Shown here piece after piece: positions 29,527 through 39,668 of a DNA stretch of 56,504 nucleotides; positions within the stretch are counted from its first letter, which is position 1; the number at the start of each line of letters is the position of its first letter. The notes beneath the pieces are model-generated. The model did no database searches and was not told the DNA's origin. It was given only the letters and a program-made list of their open reading frames with translations. The position numbers and the translations under genes were made by a program. Source of the stretch: Candidatus Thorarchaeota archaeon (lineage in GTDB: Archaea; Asgardarchaeota; Thorarchaeia; Thorarchaeales; Thorarchaeaceae); the NCBI GenBank assembly GCA_048882385.1, contig JBHLRQ010000008.1:1-56504 (forward strand), read 5' to 3'.

Positions 29527-31191
29527 CTATACTTGATATGTGCCGCCGCCTTTACCCCGAGCCATAAGCACAATATTCACAATGGCACCCAAACCCACAA
29601 CACCCACGATAGCCAGCGTGAAAGGCATACCGTCATTGAACATTTCTTGCAGAAGACTGATTGGGTCTGAACTGACAGTAAATCCATCAATGTGTGTTTG
29701 TTTGTAGTATGTTGTTCCGTTGTATTCGTAGCTCATTATGGCTGGTGCGAATGCATAACCACCCTCATTGGGGAATGTCACTGTATAGGTTGTCGTATTG
29801 AACCAGTTTCCACCATCTAATTGTGCAGTGTTCGCACTCTGAGTACCTGCTACGGTCACTGATTCATAGGTGGTTCCTATCATATTATCAACAACAGAAA
29901 CATTGTAGATGGGTTCAGAATCTTCGTTATGCACTGAAACTGTTACTGTCGTTGAACCACCGATAGTGATCGTATCCGGATTGAAGGACCGATCGAATCT
30001 TACGAGGGGTGGGAAACTACCAGGCTCGAAGCTCAGAATGTAGTCTGGCTGATTGGTATAGTATGAGGCATTCCAGAAGACAACTCCAGCACTAGAGTCG
30101 TAGAATGTTCTATTCAGCGCTTCATCTTCAGGTGAATATGAAGTGACATTCACAGGAACAAACGCAGCAACAAGAGATTGTCCTGAACTCAACCCGTTCA
30201 CGGTTTGACTTGGCGATTTACCCAGTAGATCCTCAAAGATCTTGAGTTCATCTGACGATGTTGAGAGTTCTTGGTCTCCGATATAGCCAGCCGCAGCAAT
30301 AGCAATTGGTCCATCAAGCTCTGGCATCTGTGAAAGCAGGAATGACGCTGGTGTGGGAGTTGTGTTTCCACCAAAACCTCCAATCAGATCCATCAAGTTT
30401 CCCATATCAGGAATTGCTAGAATCCCTGCCCCAGACGCTCTTGCACCGGTGAAGACAGTACTGTCAATCGAAGCAAGGAAACCAGTCTGATCCATGACAT
30501 CAAGAACACTGTTGACAGCATCCTCAAATGGATTTGTTACCTGATAGATGAAGACATTGATACTAGTGAATGGTAAATCAACAGGTTCACCTACTATTCC
30601 TTCGATGAACTCCTCATCAATTTGTAGATTCAGAAGCTCAGCAAAAGAGAAGTCGAATTGAGTCTGCAGATGAGTCCTTATTGCAGCCATGTTTGCCTGA
30701 GCAACTGCATTATCAAGATTGATGAAGACATCAATGAGGAGACTGAAGTCTGTCCCTAGCATATCGAATATTGAATCAAAACCGAATCCGCCTTCACCAA
30801 ATTGAGTGATCATGAAGTCACCATCACCTGCTCCGGTGAAGTTGAACAGATTCGGACCAACTAGGTCCAGCATATAATCCAATAGCTCTCCGTGAGTTGC
30901 AATCAGAGCTGTTACAACACATCCTTCGTACATCTGACCAGGACCTGATTGTTCCAGCCCCAGTTGAGCAGATGGCACACCGAGTTGTCCGTAGACCACA
31001 GCAGGTTCTCCTTGAGGACCTATCATTGCAGCAACAACTTCTGCACCATTCTGAATGAGATCGAAAAAGAACTCTTCTCCAATGTCTTGTGCTACTACCG
31101 CTGCACCGGCGTTAGCCGCAGATACAACAGGTGCAGACAACAGAAAGCTCAAGGCAATTATGATAAATGCGTGCTTATAGTTTGGTTTCAT
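29527..31191 (-). CDS. secreted cell-surface protein with BatD/TRAP-beta-like Ig domain and C-terminal TM anchor
   Basis: Signal peptide; many NxS/T sequons; VTVSVHNEDSEPIYNVSVVD...GGYAFAPAIMSY; C-terminal TM followed by a short tail. Confidence 0.72.
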   Translation of the reverse strand: MKPNYKHAFIIIALSFLLSAPVVSAANAGAAVVAQDIGEEFFFDLIQNGAEVVAAMIGPQGEPAVVYGQLGVPSAQLGLEQSGPGQMYEGCVVTALIATHGELLDYMLDLVGPNLFNFTGAGDGDFMITQFGEGGFGFDSIFDMLGTDFSLLIDVFINLDNAVAQANMAAIRTHLQTQFDFSFAELLNLQIDEEFIEGIVGEPVDLPFTSINVFIYQVTNPFEDAVNSVLDVMDQTGFLASIDSTVFTGARASGAGILAIPDMGNLMDLIGGFGGNTTPTPASFLLSQMPELDGPIAIAAAGYIGDQELSTSSDELKIFEDLLGKSPSQTVNGLSSGQSLVAAFVPVNVTSYSPEDEALNRTFYDSSAGVVFWNASYYTNQPDYILSFEPGSFPPLVRFDRSFNPDTITIGGSTTVTVSVHNEDSEPIYNVSVVDNMIGTTYESVTVAGTQSANTAQLDGGNWFNTTTYTVTFPNEGGYAFAPAIMSYEYNGTTYYKQTHIDGFTVSSDPISLLQEMFNDGMPFTLAIVGVVGLGAIVNIVLMARGKGGGTYQV

Positions 31192-31192
31192 T

Positions 31193-31807
31193 CTAGAATT
31201 CCTCCTTGGGTCGGACTACAGCTCCAACGATGGCCGCCACTATCACGACTATGACCGGGGTGAGAAACCAGATCAATAGTGGCGTGAGAAGTGTCATTAT
31301 TGAACTCAAATCGAAACCCATACCCATTCCAGAGATCAGTGGCAAAATTTGATCAATCATTCCTTGAATTAGAGGAATTCCAAGAATGTCGACAATTGAG
31401 GAACCTGGTGGGACAACGAATGAGCCCATTGAGATACTTGACTGAAATAGCAGATATGCACAGAGTGCAATTATGCCAAGACAAGAGAGCCAGACCATCA
31501 GACCGACAACAAAGGCACCTTTCTTGGTTCCAGCCATAACCCCTCCAACAAAGCCAGCTCCTGCCCAAATGGCGACCATAGTGAAGTTACTCATAGGATT
31601 GACGAGTATCAGGTTCACCATGACCATTGTTGGCCTCAGATAGTTACCAAACTGAGGTGCAAAGATGGCTATCAAATCATTGTAACCATCTGGCAGTAGG
31701 AACCAACCTCCAAGTAGGACTATAGCTAGAGCAATGAGCCAACCGAAGTATTTGCTCGAAAATGATGAAATAGCATATACCTCCATAAATGTAAGGTTCT
31801 GATTCAA
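31193..31807 (-). CDS. multi-TM membrane protein
   Basis: Hydrophobic 204-aa ORF, 1 bp from the surface-protein gene; start codon uncertain. Confidence 0.7.
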   Translation of the reverse strand: MNQNLTFMEVYAISSFSSKYFGWLIALAIVLLGGWFLLPDGYNDLIAIFAPQFGNYLRPTMVMVNLILVNPMSNFTMVAIWAGAGFVGGVMAGTKKGAFVVGLMVWLSCLGIIALCAYLLFQSSISMGSFVVPPGSSIVDILGIPLIQGMIDQILPLISGMGMGFDLSSIMTLLTPLLIWFLTPVIVVIVAAIVGAVVRPKEEF

Positions 31808-31983
31808 AAGTGTTGATTTTACATTATTAACACTTTACGTGATGTTTACAATCTAAAAATCGCGAAATATCTACTTGAAGTTCCAGCTAGGAATTAGTAA
31901 GAGAGATATACTCCCAGTACGACTGTCAAATCACTGAGCTTCAGACAATGTATTGTCTTGATGCGAGAAATCAATGTGTTCAA

Positions 31984-32373
31984 ATGGACACAAACAAGGT
32001 AATAGTAGGTTTGCGGAAAGTGGAGAGTGACACCATCAACGCATCTATGTATGAGTTGCTGCAACTGATGGCATCTCTTAATGACACAAGGAGAGCCATT
32101 TTGTTGGCATTAGCTCATATCTACCCTCGAAGCGTGAGTGGTGTTCAACTAAGCCGACTCATCGGCTACAGTGGAAAATCAAGAAGTCTGTACAGGGGCG
32201 TGATCTCGCACCTGAAAGAGAATGAGATGATTCAGATAGATCAGCTCACTCCGAAGCTCTACGCGATTCGGATCAACAATGAGCATCCTCTTCTGTCTGT
32301 TCTCGTAAATCTCTGTAGGGTATACGGGAAACACGCTACAAAGATGTACACAAAAGCTTTGGAGGAAGAGTGA
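31984..32373 (+). CDS. winged-helix (ArsR-like) DNA-binding protein
   Basis: LNDTRRAILLALA...SGVQLSRLIG...LYRGVISHLKENEMI. Confidence 0.65.
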   Translation: MDTNKVIVGLRKVESDTINASMYELLQLMASLNDTRRAILLALAHIYPRSVSGVQLSRLIGYSGKSRSLYRGVISHLKENEMIQIDQLTPKLYAIRINNEHPLLSVLVNLCRVYGKHATKMYTKALEEE

Positions 32374-32973
32374 ATGGAGAACAAACTCCTGCTTGAAGCA
32401 CAAGCCCTCTACAAAGACAGGATTAGGATTGCACTCTCAGCTCTAATAATTGTCTTCTCAATCACATTCTTCCTGTACTATACTTCTGGAATTGCAGGGT
32501 TGGGTCCTGTTGGACTCCCAGACGAGGGCATTACCGCTGGTCTACAAATTGTTGCGTCCTTCAATAATTTGGGTCTTATTATTGCAGTTGGTTTACTCGT
32601 TGTTGTGTTCAAATTCTGGTCTTGGGCTTTCCTACCAGGACCCGCATCCCTGTACACACTTTCAATCCTCAGAGGTATTCTTGGTTCAAAAGCTGTTGTT
32701 AAGCAAACGATAGGGAAACGATTCAATGTCACGCTTGAGAATGGATCTTCATTCAAGGTCAGCTGCCAAATTAAGGAGAAGGGTACTGACGAATGGTTCA
32801 CCTACAGACTTGTTTCCTCAGAGATTCAAAATAGTGGATTTAGAGATATAGCGCTTCGTCATGGTTTCGCAGCAAAGGACAACAGGTTTGTCGCCAGTGT
32901 CAGTTACGATGAACTCCACCACCGCACCCTTCTGCTAACTAAGGCTCTCATGATTGCATCAGAAAGCATCTGA
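32374..32973 (+). CDS. 2-TM membrane protein with C-terminal soluble domain
   Basis: Two hydrophobic helices; start codon abuts the upstream wHTH stop. Confidence 0.65.
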   Translation: MENKLLLEAQALYKDRIRIALSALIIVFSITFFLYYTSGIAGLGPVGLPDEGITAGLQIVASFNNLGLIIAVGLLVVVFKFWSWAFLPGPASLYTLSILRGILGSKAVVKQTIGKRFNVTLENGSSFKVSCQIKEKGTDEWFTYRLVSSEIQNSGFRDIALRHGFAAKDNRFVASVSYDELHHRTLLLTKALMIASESI

Positions 32974-33044
32974 ACTAGTTACTACTGACAATACAGTCAA
33001 CAAACGCATTTTAACATTAGAGATGTTTCAGTTCTGAATCAATA

Positions 33045-33437
33045 ATGGTGATGAGAATCAAACGTACAATTGACATTGCTATGAGTAATTATACTGAGAT
33101 AACAGGATTCAGTGTTTTTTCATTCGAAGGTAAGGTTGCGTACGCCAGCGACAACATGGATATTGCCAATGAAGTGAGTTTGATAATTCAAGCTTGGAAT
33201 GGTCATTTACCAAGCTTCACTCTCAAGAACGTTTCATTCATTCCAGCATTAACAAATGAACAGGGATTTGTTGCTATCAATCCAGATGGTGCAATATGTC
33301 TAATTTGTGGGACTAACAAGGGTGTATGGTTTGTTGCAGTTTTTGCTCCTATGGATGTTGACAAAGAAGGTATTCTTAGAGAATGCATTCAAGCAGCGAA
33401 GAACCTAGAGGTGTCAGTTTCAATTTTCGATATCTGA
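33045..33437 (+). CDS. Asgard-type profilin-like protein (divergent)
   Basis: About 130 aa. Pattern ITGFSVFSFEGKVAYASDNMDI..IIQAW..PSFTLKNVSF..FVAINPDG..LIC..WFVAVFAP..ECIQAA parallels Asgard profilin architecture as I recall it. Confidence 0.72.
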   Translation: MVMRIKRTIDIAMSNYTEITGFSVFSFEGKVAYASDNMDIANEVSLIIQAWNGHLPSFTLKNVSFIPALTNEQGFVAINPDGAICLICGTNKGVWFVAVFAPMDVDKEGILRECIQAAKNLEVSVSIFDI

Positions 33438-33881
33438 TCAATCTCTGTCTAGAATGGGTTTTTGTTCTGCAATGATCCTTCCAATGAATGCCATTATTGC
33501 TCCAATCCAACCAAGAGACTGCTGAAGCTGTTCCAACAGACCCATTACGAATGTACCAGTAGATGCCATCTGGACTAGAGTCATCAATAACCCAACTACA
33601 CCAACTGTAATCCCAGCTAAAATGACTATTCTACCAAACCGAACTTTTTCAGTAGTTAGAACGATGCCTCCTATAATGGCAACCATCCCCCCTAAAGCAG
33701 CCCAGAGAGCAAGTCCTCTCATGAAATTATCAAATGTAGTAAAAAATTGAAGACCAAAGAAATACTGAAGTATTTCTGAAAGCTCACCAATCACTCCAAT
33801 AGCACCACTAGCTCCTGACAGGATCATGAGAACTCCTCCTCCCACACAAAGAAGAAAGGAGTTTTTGTTGTGAAGGGGCAT
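33438..33881 (-). CDS. 4-TM membrane protein
   Basis: Gly-rich hydrophobic helices. Confidence 0.7.
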   Translation of the reverse strand: MPLHNKNSFLLCVGGGVLMILSGASGAIGVIGELSEILQYFFGLQFFTTFDNFMRGLALWAALGGMVAIIGGIVLTTEKVRFGRIVILAGITVGVVGLLMTLVQMASTGTFVMGLLEQLQQSLGWIGAIMAFIGRIIAEQKPILDRD

Positions 33882-33981
33882 CTTGAATGCATCCCGTTTT
33901 ACAACTGTTTTAAAGATAGCTTATTTGTATTAACGTAATAAAATCACTACGGTTCAAATTATTCCGAAATGATAGGACCAG

Positions 33982-34791
33982 CTAGGAGGATGGGAGACCA
34001 TATCCCTCCTCCAAGAGTTCAATAAATCTCGAAACAAATCGAGTGGCGGGAGCACCATCAACAACATCATGATCAAGTGTCACAGTCAAAGCTAAGAACT
34101 CTCTATTTACAATGTTTTCATCTACAAATCTTGGTTTCTCAGCAATTCCACCAACTGCTATGCTGAGTGAATATAGACCTATTGGAATTGCCCACCCTCC
34201 AGACTTTGCGAATCTGCCTATGGAAGTTACCGAAACCGTTCCCATTCGTTCTTTGATGAAAAATGGATCCTTGCGTACTTTTCGCCAGAAGAGAAGATCT
34301 CTCAGGAATTTTGGAGCTGAGAGTAGCATTTTGATACTGCGGTTTTCCTTATCCTCAGTATAATCGGTTTCCTTTTTCTGTTGTGCAGTCCGAATCTCTT
34401 GATTGATTTCCTTGACAGTCTTTGTGTTTGCGGATTTCAGTATGAAATTGACAGGATATGGACGACCTTCTATTGTAGTTTCGATGAGTATGTTGATATT
34501 AACATCATCGAATATGATGAAGTGTTTTCCAATCATAAGTGAATGAACTTGTTTGTGTTCATCAACTGCCTTCCCCACGCAAGCTGCAATCCACCCAGTG
34601 AATGATATTGATTCACCTGTTACTTGCTTGTATTCATGCAATTTCCTACGTGCTTCCGTCACATCTGCTTCAAATAGACCAACCATTCTATGTTTCTTAA
34701 CAGCAAAATCAGACATCTCGATAATGAGTTTACGGGATTTTGGAACAGGTTCTCTTCGATAACCTTTCTCTGTCATTTTGGGGTCCACCAT
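33982..34791 (-). CDS. 2-oxoacid dehydrogenase E2-like acyltransferase, catalytic domain only
   Basis: EADVT, GTVSVTSIG, LTVTLDHDVVDGAPATRF; no lipoyl or E3-binding domain. Confidence 0.85.
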   Translation of the reverse strand: MVDPKMTEKGYRREPVPKSRKLIIEMSDFAVKKHRMVGLFEADVTEARRKLHEYKQVTGESISFTGWIAACVGKAVDEHKQVHSLMIGKHFIIFDDVNINILIETTIEGRPYPVNFILKSANTKTVKEINQEIRTAQQKKETDYTEDKENRSIKMLLSAPKFLRDLLFWRKVRKDPFFIKERMGTVSVTSIGRFAKSGGWAIPIGLYSLSIAVGGIAEKPRFVDENIVNREFLALTVTLDHDVVDGAPATRFVSRFIELLEEGYGLPSS

Positions 34792-35015
34792 ACCAAGACC
34801 TTTTTTGTTGGCGACATCAATCTTTGTTTTGTTTCAACTGACTGCTGTTTAAGTCTAATCAATCATGGAGTGACAGGTTATGCTACAACATTATGTTCCT
34901 AAAGTTTCCGAATTTCGTAATTGGCGATATCTGGAGTATTTCGATATGCAACATGAATAGAGAAGATATCACTCTGTGAATCATCAGCAGTAACGCGATT
35001 GTTTACATCGATACT

Positions 35016-35573
35016 CTATCTCGCCATAACTGCTAATTCCTTAGCCCAGTTTCGAATCTCATCCCAATTACGAGTATCGTATACTCCTTGTTCACGCTCT
35101 TCAATTCCAATTTCCTCAAGTTTCATCTTAAATGGAACCAAAGTCTTCCTGAATAGGAAACTCATCTTGTTCCAGTCCCACACACCTCCAAACCTACCAT
35201 AGACAATTGGATTGATTGAGTACTTCTCAGCTTTTTCAACAAGATTCTTCTGCCATTCATTTTCCATTTCTTCAACCAGATTATCGTATTCCAATATAAC
35301 TTGTGAACCAGATGAAATGAAAATCGCAGTCTTCTTCTCTCGTAGCTCTTCTTGGAACTTATTCAGAAACTTTTCAGATTCTTTACACCATCTTCCCATT
35401 TGCATACCAGATCCAACGATGATTAAATCGTACTCTGAGATGTTCTTTACTTTCTCCTTCTTGAGATTTGCAACACGGACATCAAGTCCTTCTTCTGTAA
35501 GAACTTTAGCTATCTCCTCTGATGTGCTATCAGTGGCACCGTATCTTGTGCTAAAGGCAATGAGCGTCTTCAT
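35016..35573 (-). CDS. flavodoxin-domain protein (HemG/flavodoxin_5-like)
   Basis: IAFSTRYGAT, YDLIIVGS, FGG, DTRNWDEIRNWAKEL. Confidence 0.85.
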   Translation of the reverse strand: MKTLIAFSTRYGATDSTSEEIAKVLTEEGLDVRVANLKKEKVKNISEYDLIIVGSGMQMGRWCKESEKFLNKFQEELREKKTAIFISSGSQVILEYDNLVEEMENEWQKNLVEKAEKYSINPIVYGRFGGVWDWNKMSFLFRKTLVPFKMKLEEIGIEEREQGVYDTRNWDEIRNWAKELAVMAR

Positions 35574-35654
35574 GATTGGTGTTTCAACTGAGAGGTGTTT
35601 AAATTCCTTATCCTTTCAAACCATCTAAAAGGTAGATGTGACAATAGAAAATCC

Positions 35655-36392
35655 ATGCAAATCAACTATGACGAAATGGGTGATCCAACCAAGAAGACAA
35701 TCATTTTCGTTCATGGTGCAGGAGGGTCAGCTGCAACATGGTTTATGCAACTTCGAGGTCTCTCTGACGATTATCACGTTGTAGCAATCGAATTGAATGG
35801 TCACGGAGGTTCTACAGACAGGGCAGAGCAAGATATCAGGAGATCATATTTGGAAGACATTCATGAGATTGTCAGTCAATTTAGCAAACCTGTCTTAGGT
35901 GGCCACAGCATGGGTGGAGCACTCACTCAGCTCTATGCGCTTACTAATCCTGATAATCTAAGCGGAATCATATTGGTTGGAACTGGAGCAAAACTTAGAG
36001 TAACTCCAATAGTATTTGATCTTCTTGAGAACAACTTTGAGGGATATGTGGAAGCAATCGGGAACTTCATGTTTCACGATGATACATCAACTGAAATTAT
36101 CGATGCCTCAAGAAAAGAAGTAATGAAATGTCCCGCAGAAATTATCAGTAGAGATTTCAAGATGTGTGATAATTTCGATATTATGGAATCTGTTTCGAAG
36201 ATCAAACTTCCAACACTCATTATAGTAGGAGAGGGAGATGTTATGACTCCCATAAAGTATGCTACTTTTCTCCATGAGAAGATTGAAGGTTCAGAGATGC
36301 ATGTGATTAGTTCAGCAGGCCATGCAGTTATGTTAGAACAATCAAGTATTTTCAATAAGTATGTGAAAAACTGGATAGAGAAACTGATTTAG
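35655..36392 (+). CDS. alpha/beta hydrolase
   Basis: FVHGAGG, GHSMGG nucleophile, LIIVGEGD, AGH. Confidence 0.9.
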   Translation: MQINYDEMGDPTKKTIIFVHGAGGSAATWFMQLRGLSDDYHVVAIELNGHGGSTDRAEQDIRRSYLEDIHEIVSQFSKPVLGGHSMGGALTQLYALTNPDNLSGIILVGTGAKLRVTPIVFDLLENNFEGYVEAIGNFMFHDDTSTEIIDASRKEVMKCPAEIISRDFKMCDNFDIMESVSKIKLPTLIIVGEGDVMTPIKYATFLHEKIEGSEMHVISSAGHAVMLEQSSIFNKYVKNWIEKLI

Positions 36393-36796
36393 AGATTGAT
36401 CAATCGTTGATTCCGCCGCTTCTTAACCGCAGCAACCAACCTTGTTCTATCAAAATATACTTCATTTCGTGTTATTAGTCGGTCCTTTATCTCAACAATG
36501 TCCAATCCAATTTCGTTGATGATCTCATGACCTACCGGAATAGAACACTTCCATTTCACTATTGCACCCGTGTTTATTGGAAAGACTTCAATTGGCTCCC
36601 AGGTCCAATCATGATAAACCGCTAGTAGCTTCTCAAAGTACATTCCTATGTCTTGATGACCCTTAAGACCCTCTTTATTTGCAGGATCGATATAGAGCGC
36701 ATCTTCATGATAAAACGTTAAGAGCTTCTCTGGTTGATTGCCGGTCCACGCAGCAAGCCACTCTTTACTGAATTCAAGCAGCTCATCCTTATTCAT
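36389..36796 (-). CDS. SnoaL/NTF2-like protein
   Basis: WLAAW..LLTFYHEDALYIDP..G..I..YF, GLDIVEIKD..ITRNEVYFD. Start set at MNKDE. Confidence 0.82.
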   Translation of the reverse strand: MNKDELLEFSKEWLAAWTGNQPEKLLTFYHEDALYIDPANKEGLKGHQDIGMYFEKLLAVYHDWTWEPIEVFPINTGAIVKWKCSIPVGHEIINEIGLDIVEIKDRLITRNEVYFDRTRLVAAVKKRRNQRLINL

Positions 36797-36941
36797 TCTG
36801 GAAGCCTCTGGTGGAATGGGTGTAGTGTTACTTCTTAATCTTTCCAACTGGGTGATTTTTAAAATCCGGAGCGTTAAATAGAAGGCTTTGTCCTGCCACT
36901 TCCCTCTATCATTATTCCATTTTAGAAGGAGGAAAGATGAT

Positions 36942-38303
36942 TTGGCTGAAACAAGCTCAAGCGTTGTACAAGATCCTTCTACTCGGAGAGAACGAGTAGC
37001 TTGGTATTTGTTTGACTTCGCGAATACTAGCTTTACAGTCTTAATGGTAACTGCTTTGTTCCCCATATTTTTCCGAAACCTGGTGACTGATGCTTTTGCT
37101 GATGGAGGTTTCATGGGAACTGCATTTTGGGGGTACGCTGGGTCCATGACAATGATTGTAATTGCTTTGACATCCCCCATTCTTGGGGCAATAGCAGATT
37201 TCTCTGGAAACAAGAAGAAGTTTCTCACATTCTATACTGCTTTGTGTATAGTGTTCAATTCACTTCTCTTCTTCACCACTAGAGGATCTCCGCCATTCTT
37301 GGGAGTTCCTGTTTGGATGTGGGCGTGGGTAATATTCATCCTTGCCAACATTGGGTTCCAAGGAGCACTTCCATTCTACAATGCTTGGTTACCTGAAATC
37401 AGTACTGAGAAGACCATTGGAAGAATTGGAGGAATTGGTTTTGCCGCTGGATATGTAGGCGCTATGTTGACAATCATTATTGCACTTGTCAGTGTGAGAG
37501 CGCTTGGAACAGATTCAACAGTACCATTCCTGCTTGGCGCAATATTCTTCCTGGTTTTCGCAATTCCTAGTATTATCAATCTAGAAGAGCGCCCACCGAC
37601 AGCTCGACCTGACGAGGAAGGTATGAGTCTCGCTATGGTCGGATTCAAAAGAGTCGCAAGAACATTTAGAGAATTGAAGAATTATCAAGGCATTCGACTT
37701 TACATGGTTGCATACTTCTTATTTAGCGATGCAATTACTACTGTTATATACTATGCAGCTCTGTATGGAGAAACAGTTTATGCTTTCTCCACAACAGACA
37801 TTCTCATTTTCTTTGCAGTTACTCAATTAGCGGCAATTCCGGGTGCGTTCATCTTTGGTTATGTAGCCGACCGAATCAAAACCAAGCCAACTCTGATGAT
37901 TACATTATTGATTTGGGTTGTTGCACTTGTCATTGCGTTTGTTGGTACAGATCCAATCATTTGGTGGGTTGTCGGTATGATTGCTGGAGTTGGAATGGGA
38001 TCAGCTCAGAGTACGGCTCGAAGCATGTTTGGCCAGTTTGTACCTAAAGAGAAAAAATCTGAGATGTATGGATTCTATGCTCTCACTGGAAAGTTTGCGG
38101 CAATCCTTGGACCATTCGTTTATGGATTTGTAGTACAACTTGCTGGTGATGCTGGATTCGATTTGATAATGGCAAACAAATTGGCACTTCTGAGCGTTCT
38201 GATGTTCTTTGTCGTTTCTTTGATAATACTCATTAAGGTGAGACAACCAGTGATGGGTGAGTCAAAGACAGAAGTATGGCTAGAAGATGACCTCTCTGCT
38301 TGA
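36942..38303 (+). CDS. MFS transporter (UMF1/Atg22-like)
   Basis: AWYLFDFAN, SPILGAIAD, FYNAWLPEI, ARSMF..P..SEMYGFY; TTG start after AAGGAGG. Confidence 0.88.
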   Translation: MAETSSSVVQDPSTRRERVAWYLFDFANTSFTVLMVTALFPIFFRNLVTDAFADGGFMGTAFWGYAGSMTMIVIALTSPILGAIADFSGNKKKFLTFYTALCIVFNSLLFFTTRGSPPFLGVPVWMWAWVIFILANIGFQGALPFYNAWLPEISTEKTIGRIGGIGFAAGYVGAMLTIIIALVSVRALGTDSTVPFLLGAIFFLVFAIPSIINLEERPPTARPDEEGMSLAMVGFKRVARTFRELKNYQGIRLYMVAYFLFSDAITTVIYYAALYGETVYAFSTTDILIFFAVTQLAAIPGAFIFGYVADRIKTKPTLMITLLIWVVALVIAFVGTDPIIWWVVGMIAGVGMGSAQSTARSMFGQFVPKEKKSEMYGFYALTGKFAAILGPFVYGFVVQLAGDAGFDLIMANKLALLSVLMFFVVSLIILIKVRQPVMGESKTEVWLEDDLSA

Positions 38304-38314
38304 AGATACAAGAT

Positions 38315-38349
38315 AGAATCCCCCTGATTTGGGGATTCTCTCCCATTTT
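38315..38349. terminator. hairpin terminator between convergent genes
   Basis: AGAATCCCC-ctgattt-GGGGATTCT followed by a T-run. Confidence 0.55.
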
Positions 38350-39411
38350 TTATCCGTACTTGATTCGTGGATCTAGTGCACCATATAGTAAATCAGCAAC
38401 AAAGTTTGCTAAGATTGCTGTTATTGAGATGATCATGAATATTGCCTGCATTACCGGATAATCCAGTGCAATCGTGCTGCTGAAGATGTAAGTACCTAAT
38501 CCTCGCCATGTAAAGACAGTTTCAACAAGTGTCGTACCGCTTATGATGCCGCCAAAGGTCAAAGCGATTACCGTGACCATTGGTAACATGGCGTTTTTCA
38601 TTCCATGTTTGTACAGGACCTGCTTTTCGTCAAGACCTTTTGCTCGTGCAGTAAGAATGTAATCTTCTGTCATAACTGTGATCAGATTGTTTCTCATGTA
38701 GAGGAAATACCCACCATACGCCCCTACTCCAATAGTTATCATTGGTAATAAGAGATGAACAAGTACATCGCCTGTTATAATCAAGGCACCAAAGGGAGAG
38801 TTCTGTGCTGTCTCCCATACTTCATAGCTGATGGTCCCATATTGAGGTAGACCTATTCGAACGCCCCACATCGCATCAGTCCATTCTGGTAATACGAATC
38901 CAAAGATAAGAAGGAGAAGCATCCCCATCCAAAAGAGTGGAAGTGAGTAAATGAAGAGTGAAACTGTTACTGTTGACACATCTTTCTTTGATCCTGGCTC
39001 AGATGCGACCCTAACTCCTGTCCAAATTCCAAGGAGGATTGCCACTGTGACAGATGTTCCCATCAATAACAAGGTATTGGGTAAACGAGATACAATTTCG
39101 AACATCACAGGACGCTGCGTCAGAAATGAAACTCCAAAGTTACCTGTAAACATGTTCACAACATATCTCCAAAACATGTATACCCAGTCGAAGATGTCCG
39201 GATCTGGAACCAATCCAAAGTTAGCGTACATCTGTTCAAGGAGATCTTGAGTCAAGTTTCGACGAAGCTCATCACTCAACATTAGACTAATCGGACTTGC
39301 CCCAAACAGAAACGTAGGAAGTCTGAACAAAAAGAAATTGAAACACACCACGGCTACTATCAGAAGTGCCATGTAGACACACCTTCGTATCACGTATTCG
39401 CGTAGTCCCAT
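38350..39411 (-). CDS. dppB: peptide/nickel ABC transporter permease (DppB/OppB family)
   Basis: GNFGVSF, RLPNTLLL, EDYILTARAKGL, LVETVFTWRGLG, LDPRIKY. Confidence 0.9.
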   Translation of the reverse strand: MGLREYVIRRCVYMALLIVAVVCFNFFLFRLPTFLFGASPISLMLSDELRRNLTQDLLEQMYANFGLVPDPDIFDWVYMFWRYVVNMFTGNFGVSFLTQRPVMFEIVSRLPNTLLLMGTSVTVAILLGIWTGVRVASEPGSKKDVSTVTVSLFIYSLPLFWMGMLLLLIFGFVLPEWTDAMWGVRIGLPQYGTISYEVWETAQNSPFGALIITGDVLVHLLLPMITIGVGAYGGYFLYMRNNLITVMTEDYILTARAKGLDEKQVLYKHGMKNAMLPMVTVIALTFGGIISGTTLVETVFTWRGLGTYIFSSTIALDYPVMQAIFMIISITAILANFVADLLYGALDPRIKYG

Positions 39412-39524
39412 TCATTCCACCTATACCTAGAGCCGCTAGGTATTGGTTATAAGATAAAAGCTCAGTGCAGTTGTATCACCGAACTTTCCACAAGGTTGCC
39501 CTATTGTGTATATGCTGACACAAC

Positions 39525-39668
39525 TCATCCATATTTGATCCTAGGATCCAGCACACCATACAGAAAATCTGTTGCGAAGTTACCAAAAATCTTGACAATT
39601 GCCAAAATTATGAAGATCACCTGAATGACTGGATCATCAATAAGACCAATTGTAAACTCTCTAAGCTC
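39525..39668 (-). pseudogene. 3'-terminal remnant of a dppB paralog
   Basis: Translates ELREFTIGLIDDPVIQVIFIILAIVKIFGNFATDFLYGVLDPRIKYG*. By manual alignment, 23 of the last 37 aa are identical to the C-terminus of the adjacent DppB. No ATG start. Confidence 0.8.

Noticed and set aside
34899-35015. Open frame of about 38 codons after the TAG of the flavodoxin gene (possible amber readthrough)
   Set aside because: No recognisable homology; the flavodoxin domain is already complete and this length can arise by chance.
36797-37228. N-terminal 144 aa of the 279-aa minus-strand ORF
   Set aside because: Antisense shadow of the MFS gene; the real SnoaL-like domain starts at MNKDE (36796).
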